From a virus (Duplodnaviria > Caudoviricetes), in the IMG/VR virus record IMGVR_UViG_3300020045_005903, positions 7,644 through 71,643 of that record: a stretch of DNA of 64,000 bases. One strand, given 5' to 3'. Both the position numbers and the translations under genes were made by a program. Below the pieces are notes generated by a model. The model saw only the letters and a list, made by a program, of their open reading frames with translations. It was not told the origin of the DNA and searched no databases. Below, in pieces: positions 63,870 through 64,000 of the stretch; position 1 is the stretch's first letter; every line of letters starts with the position of its first letter.

Positions 63870-63959
63870 CAAACTAATTGCAACCTTTAATACTTAATGA
63901 TAGTATAAGAGAATATAAGTAACATAAATAATTAACCAACCAACTAAAACCTAATCAAT

Positions 63960-64000
63960 ATGAAAAATCTAATTAACGCCATCCAAAAAGAGTACGCTAA
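63960..64000 (+). CDS. Partial CDS running off the window
   Basis: MKNLINAIQKEYA.. after TTGCAACCTTT at 63878-63888. Confidence 0.5.
   Translation, partial: MKNLINAIQKEYA

Noticed and set aside
1-64000. Stop-codon reassignment as in some crAss-like phages
   Set aside because: Long genes are uninterrupted in the standard code, and TAG, TGA and TAA all occur as tight gene ends.
1-64000. tRNA/rRNA genes, reverse transcriptase (DGR/retron), introns or inteins, IS transposases
   Set aside because: No cloverleaf, YxDD RT motif, intein or homing insertion in terL/dnaB, or transposase motif was recognised by eye; tRNAscan and HMM searches were not run.

Overview
This window is most of a dsDNA bacteriophage genome, very likely a crAss-like (Crassvirales-related) podovirus of a Bacteroidota host. 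It is read in the standard genetic code. All calls come from manual motif recognition; no database search was run. Layout: (i) 159-18959 (+) is an early/replication arm with an SF2 helicase, DnaB, KTSC, SSB-like, NinB-like, RusA-like, HNH and GroES-like genes. (ii) 19050-62218 (-) is a virion and lysis arm: large ejection/polyvalent proteins, muzzle, ring proteins, IHF-like protein, fibres, M15 endolysin, major capsid, portal, large terminase and an exonuclease. (iii) 62219-63671 is a largely non-coding, repeat-rich strand-switch region. The standout is an integron-like gene-cassette system inside the phage. Eight attC-like hairpins (AAC-G...T-GTT) form two arrays, at 1470-3195 and 10450-12614. 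The cassette ends are mutually complementary, both arrays end in the same 15-mer (TAACTATTATATGTA, attI-like), and the second copy lies 39 bp upstream of a 277-aa tyrosine recombinase that lacks the IntI-specific insertion. The geometry implies cassettes are inverted relative to classical integrons, so the hairpin carries the start of the downstream gene. Several genes additionally sit inside a second, nested inverted-repeat layer. No DNA polymerase, primase, RNA polymerase, tRNA or CRISPR array was seen.
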